DNA of 64,000 nt. Origin: Ruminococcus sp. Its GTDB lineage: Bacteria > Bacillota > Clostridia > Oscillospirales > Ruminococcaceae. Location: the NCBI GenBank assembly GCA_017519415.1, contig JAFWSI010000029.1:376-64375 (forward strand), given 5' to 3'. The notes below the pieces were generated by a model that was not told where the DNA came from, did not search any database, and saw nothing but the letters and a program-made list of their open reading frames with translations. Position 1 is the stretch's first letter. The number at the start of each line of letters is the position of its first letter. Shown piece after piece: positions 60,760-64,000 of the stretch. The translations under genes and the position numbers were made by a program.

Positions 60760-62199
60760 TCATTCCACCGAAGCCTTCTCGATCATCTCATAGCTCTCCC
60801 CGGGGATATGGTCTGACGGGAGCTCCGTACCGAGAAGCTCCTCAAGCTCACCGAGCTCATAATACCTGAAGCCGTCGGCGTTCTGCTGTATATAGATATT
60901 ATCGCATTTGTAAAGCATACCATAGCCCTGTCCTACCAGCGGATAGCCCTTGTCGCTCTTTCCGTTCACGCAGAAGGCATATTCTTTTCCGACAATTGGC
61001 AGGCCGTTGTATTCGCATTTAATGTAGTAATAGGTATTGTCTATCTCCTCGTCGGTGATATTTGAGCCGTCGCCGTACTTTCCGCCTCTCATGCCCAGCG
61101 TATCTCCGTTCAGGTCCCGCATGGAGATATATCCGCCTATCATTTCCACAGCCACCTTATCTCCTGCCGAAACCACGCCGCTTATATCCCCGGTAACGGT
61201 AATCTCAATGACAGTGTATGCCGTGCCCGAGGCTCCGGTCCCCCTGCCGATACCGCTGACTACGTAATCATATATGTTGTCAACCCTGCCGATTATGATA
61301 TTATCCGAGTGTGCCGCGTCTTCTTCGATACCGCTGAAATTGAATGCAAATTCATACAGCGGCTCGTATACTTTTATAGTCTTTCCTTTCAGCTCCTCCG
61401 GGACCGCAGGTTCTTCAAATATCTTCTCCGGTACGGGCTCGTTGTTCTTCCATACCCCATCGGCGTTGAGGTCCTCGATCCTGCTCCATATGAGCCGTCC
61501 CTGCAATTCCTCCGGATTTGCAGCGCTGTAAGCGGCAGCGCTTGCCTCCTCCGACACCCTGTATCTGTTCACAGCTCCGCCGTTCTCCCAGGCAACGGTA
61601 TTATCACCGTAGAATTCGAGGCTGAAGGTCTGCCCGCCGCTGTTCACGTAGACGAGGGCGCTCTCGCCGTCAGGACGGGGTGCGTCGGCGTCCGCCTCCT
61701 CCCACTGAGAGCGGTTGAAGACCTCTGCAAGGCTCCTTACCTCATCGGCATCCGCCTCGTACAGATACGGAACATAAGCAGGGCTCGTGAAACGTACCCG
61801 CGCCTCCGAGATGTCCCCGAAGGGAGCGTTGACAGCGGCCGCTTCGGAGCCCGCCTCCGTTTCGCTGCTGTCGTTAAAATTCACATCTGGTCTGTTCTTC
61901 CTGTTTTTCAGCATAACAGCTCCTCCTGCGCCGAGGCCTGCAACTATGAGCAGTGCCGAGGCTGCCGCAAGGAGCTTATGCCACAGCGGCCTGCGGTACG
62001 GCTCTACTCCCGAGACTACGGTGCTGCCGCTCTCCGTATCGCTTATCTCATCTGTTCTTTCGTTAAAGAGCCTGACGCTCCTTTCAAAAAGCCTGTCCCT
62101 GTCGCTGTCCGCAACAGCCTTATAGCTCTCCGACATTCTTTCAATAGCTTCATTATCTGCATTTTCCAGTGCCCTGAGGTCAAGATCGTTTTTATCCAT
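60760..62199 (-). CDS. Putative anti-sigma factor (single TM)
   Basis: Directly downstream of an ECF sigma; N-terminal cytoplasmic region, TM helix, large external part. Confidence 0.7.
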   Translation of the reverse strand: MDKNDLDLRALENADNEAIERMSESYKAVADSDRDRLFERSVRLFNERTDEISDTESGSTVVSGVEPYRRPLWHKLLAAASALLIVAGLGAGGAVMLKNRKNRPDVNFNDSSETEAGSEAAAVNAPFGDISEARVRFTSPAYVPYLYEADADEVRSLAEVFNRSQWEEADADAPRPDGESALVYVNSGGQTFSLEFYGDNTVAWENGGAVNRYRVSEEASAAAYSAANPEELQGRLIWSRIEDLNADGVWKNNEPVPEKIFEEPAVPEELKGKTIKVYEPLYEFAFNFSGIEEDAAHSDNIIIGRVDNIYDYVVSGIGRGTGASGTAYTVIEITVTGDISGVVSAGDKVAVEMIGGYISMRDLNGDTLGMRGGKYGDGSNITDEEIDNTYYYIKCEYNGLPIVGKEYAFCVNGKSDKGYPLVGQGYGMLYKCDNIYIQQNADGFRYYELGELEELLGTELPSDHIPGESYEMIEKASVE

Positions 62200-62211
62200 A
62201 GATAGCCCTCC

Positions 62212-62763
62212 TTATAAAGAAATACCTGCTTTTTCAAGCATTTCCCCGAGTTTTCTGACGGCACGTCCGCTGCGCACCCTTATATTCTCCGGGGTCAGCG
62301 ACGTCATTGCGGCGATCTCCCTTGCGGAGCGCCCGTAATAGTATTTCTGCATGATGATAGTCGAATCCGGTTCCCCCAGTTCGGCTATCTTGTCCAGGAG
62401 CATACTGCGGAGTTCCCTGCTCTCAAGCTCCCTTTCGGTATCGGCGGCGGGGTCTGCCGCATTAAGCAGCTCTTCCCCGCTCTCCGTCCTTTCCGAAGCG
62501 ACAGCCCTCCTGTAATAAGCCGCAGCCTTACGCCTTGCAACAGTGCCGATAAAGCCCTGCTCGCTGCCGCCCGCAGCCTTTTCGCTGTCGTAGTGCAGAT
62601 AGACCTCCGCAAACACGTCGCAAAGGCATTCCTCCATATCCTCACGTCCCGCGCAGCTGCGTAGCCTGTTGAAAACTATGGTGCCCACGTAGTTGCAATA
62701 CGTATCGAACAGTCTTCTCTGCTCGCGCTCGTCAGTTACCGCTATTTTCCTCACCGCCTTCAA
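62212..62763 (-). CDS. ECF RNA polymerase sigma factor (start uncertain)
   Basis: EDMEECLCDVF (region 2) and region 4 HTH (SAREIAAMTSLTPENIRVR). Confidence 0.85.
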   Translation of the reverse strand: MKAVRKIAVTDEREQRRLFDTYCNYVGTIVFNRLRSCAGREDMEECLCDVFAEVYLHYDSEKAAGGSEQGFIGTVARRKAAAYYRRAVASERTESGEELLNAADPAADTERELESRELRSMLLDKIAELGEPDSTIIMQKYYYGRSAREIAAMTSLTPENIRVRSGRAVRKLGEMLEKAGISL

Positions 62764-62902
62764 GCTTTGATAAATGCATTTATTTCTGCTTTCACTGTAT
62801 CTATTGTCCCTGTACAGCCCGAACATAACACCGGAAAAATTATTTTTTCCTTTTAACTTTATACAAAAGGACCGCAGCAGCGGTCCCATGCTTTTACGGC
62901 TG

Positions 62903-63724
62903 TCAGTAAACGCCGCCGTCCCTGAATACCATCATCATTTCATTGGTAAGGCTCAGGGCGTTTGGCTGGAGGACTATCTCCTCTCTCGGCACCCACTCCG
63001 CATATCTGAGCTCGTTTTCGTCCATTTTTATCGTGCAGTCCCCCTCTGCCTCGCAGAAAAAGCCCACGAGAATATCCTGAGCCATTCCCCATGGCTGGGA
63101 CTTATAGTACCTGATATTCTTCACCCTTATGCCCGTTTCCTCCATGACCTCGCGCTCTGCGGTCTCCTCGAGGGTCTCGCCTATCTCGGTGAAGCCCGCC
63201 ACCAGCGCGTTATGGGCATAGCCTCTCCTGTAGCGGGTCACAAGCAGCCTGTCTCCGCTGACTACGCCCACTATCACCGCAGGATTTATCCTCGGGTATA
63301 CCACATTTCCGCAGCAGGGACACCTCAGGGCACGCTCGTCCTCCTTGAGAAGGAGCTCTCCGCCGCACCTTCCGCAGTACCTGTTGTCGCTGTACCACTT
63401 CCAGAGGTGATAAGCGGTAAAGGCCGCAAAAAGCTCCTTTCCGCAGCAGCGGTCCCGAAGCTCCCTTACGGTAAGGCGGTCAAAGCCGCTGACGGAGACG
63501 TCTTCGCCGTCAAGGTCAAGGAAGAACCTCTTGCTGTCCAGCGAAAAAAGATACACAGTCCTGTCGCAGGAAGCGTCAGAGCTCCTTGTAAAGCTTATCC
63601 TGCCGTCCTCCGCCGAGACCAGCAGCCTTCCCTCGCTGTCGAAATGCAGCAGGAAGTCCCGGTCGTTCATGCTATGCTCCGAGAAGCTGTTGTCAAGTCT
63701 GCTCGGAAAAATATCCTGTATCAT
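62903..63724 (-). CDS. nudC: NADH pyrophosphatase (Nudix)
   Basis: CxxC...CxxC zinc ribbon, GETLEETAEREVMEETG Nudix box, SQPW. Confidence 0.93.
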   Translation of the reverse strand: MIQDIFPSRLDNSFSEHSMNDRDFLLHFDSEGRLLVSAEDGRISFTRSSDASCDRTVYLFSLDSKRFFLDLDGEDVSVSGFDRLTVRELRDRCCGKELFAAFTAYHLWKWYSDNRYCGRCGGELLLKEDERALRCPCCGNVVYPRINPAVIVGVVSGDRLLVTRYRRGYAHNALVAGFTEIGETLEETAEREVMEETGIRVKNIRYYKSQPWGMAQDILVGFFCEAEGDCTIKMDENELRYAEWVPREEIVLQPNALSLTNEMMMVFRDGGVY

Positions 63725-63744
63725 TTTATTCTCCTTGTCATAAT

Positions 63745-64000
63745 TTACTTCATCATCAGGAAAGCAAGGTTCTGCCTTCCCCTGTCGCCGCGCCTGTAGG
63801 AATAAAAGGAGCTGTCGCAGAAGGTGCAGACCCTTGTCTCCGTTATCCTGTCATCGGTTATGCCCTCTGCCGCAGCCCTGAGCTTCAGTGCCTTTGAAAG
63901 GTCAAGATAAAGCTTACCTCCCCGCAGGGAAAATACAGCTTTGAGCTCCGCAGGAGAAAAATTCCCGGCAAGCTCCGCACGTACATCTTCTCCCACCTCA
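63745..64000 (-). CDS. pgeF: YfiH/PgeF laccase-domain protein, C-terminal part
   Basis: LDLS, CTFC and FYSYRR motifs; runs off the window end. Confidence 0.8.
   Translation of the reverse strand, partial: EVGEDVRAELAGNFSPAELKAVFSLRGGKLYLDLSKALKLRAAAEGITDDRITETRVCTFCDSSFYSYRRGDRGRQNLAFLMMK

Overview
The window is composite. Bases 1 to ~10260 are a Prevotella/Bacteroidales-type outer-membrane locus (porG-uppS-bamA-3x skp-murI, an epimerase, a PAP2 protein and the 3' stub of a CoA-transferase). This is fused without a spacer to DNA from a cellulosome-making Ruminococcus flavefaciens-like Firmicute (~10261-64000). The Firmicute part carries dockerin proteins, a GH11 xylanase, a que operon with a preQ1 riboswitch, valS with a T-box, two ECF sigma/anti-sigma pairs and an AT-richer cargo block at ~39-44.6 kb. 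A second break at ~44.6 kb truncates two divergent genes. The best candidate for an undescribed system is a cyclase-less, RiPP-like operon at 45105-49748 (lipoprotein, HPr-kinase-like P-loop protein, PqqD/RRE, S26 peptidase, ABC exporter, nucleotidyltransferase). An unannotated 32-aa YxxP-leader peptide gene at 26916-27014 is its candidate substrate. The operon and the peptide gene each lie directly behind a secreted BspA/DUF285 protein, and those two proteins share an unnamed ~270-aa C-terminal domain, which suggests a peptide-based surface-display system. All family calls come from motif recognition by eye; no searches were run.
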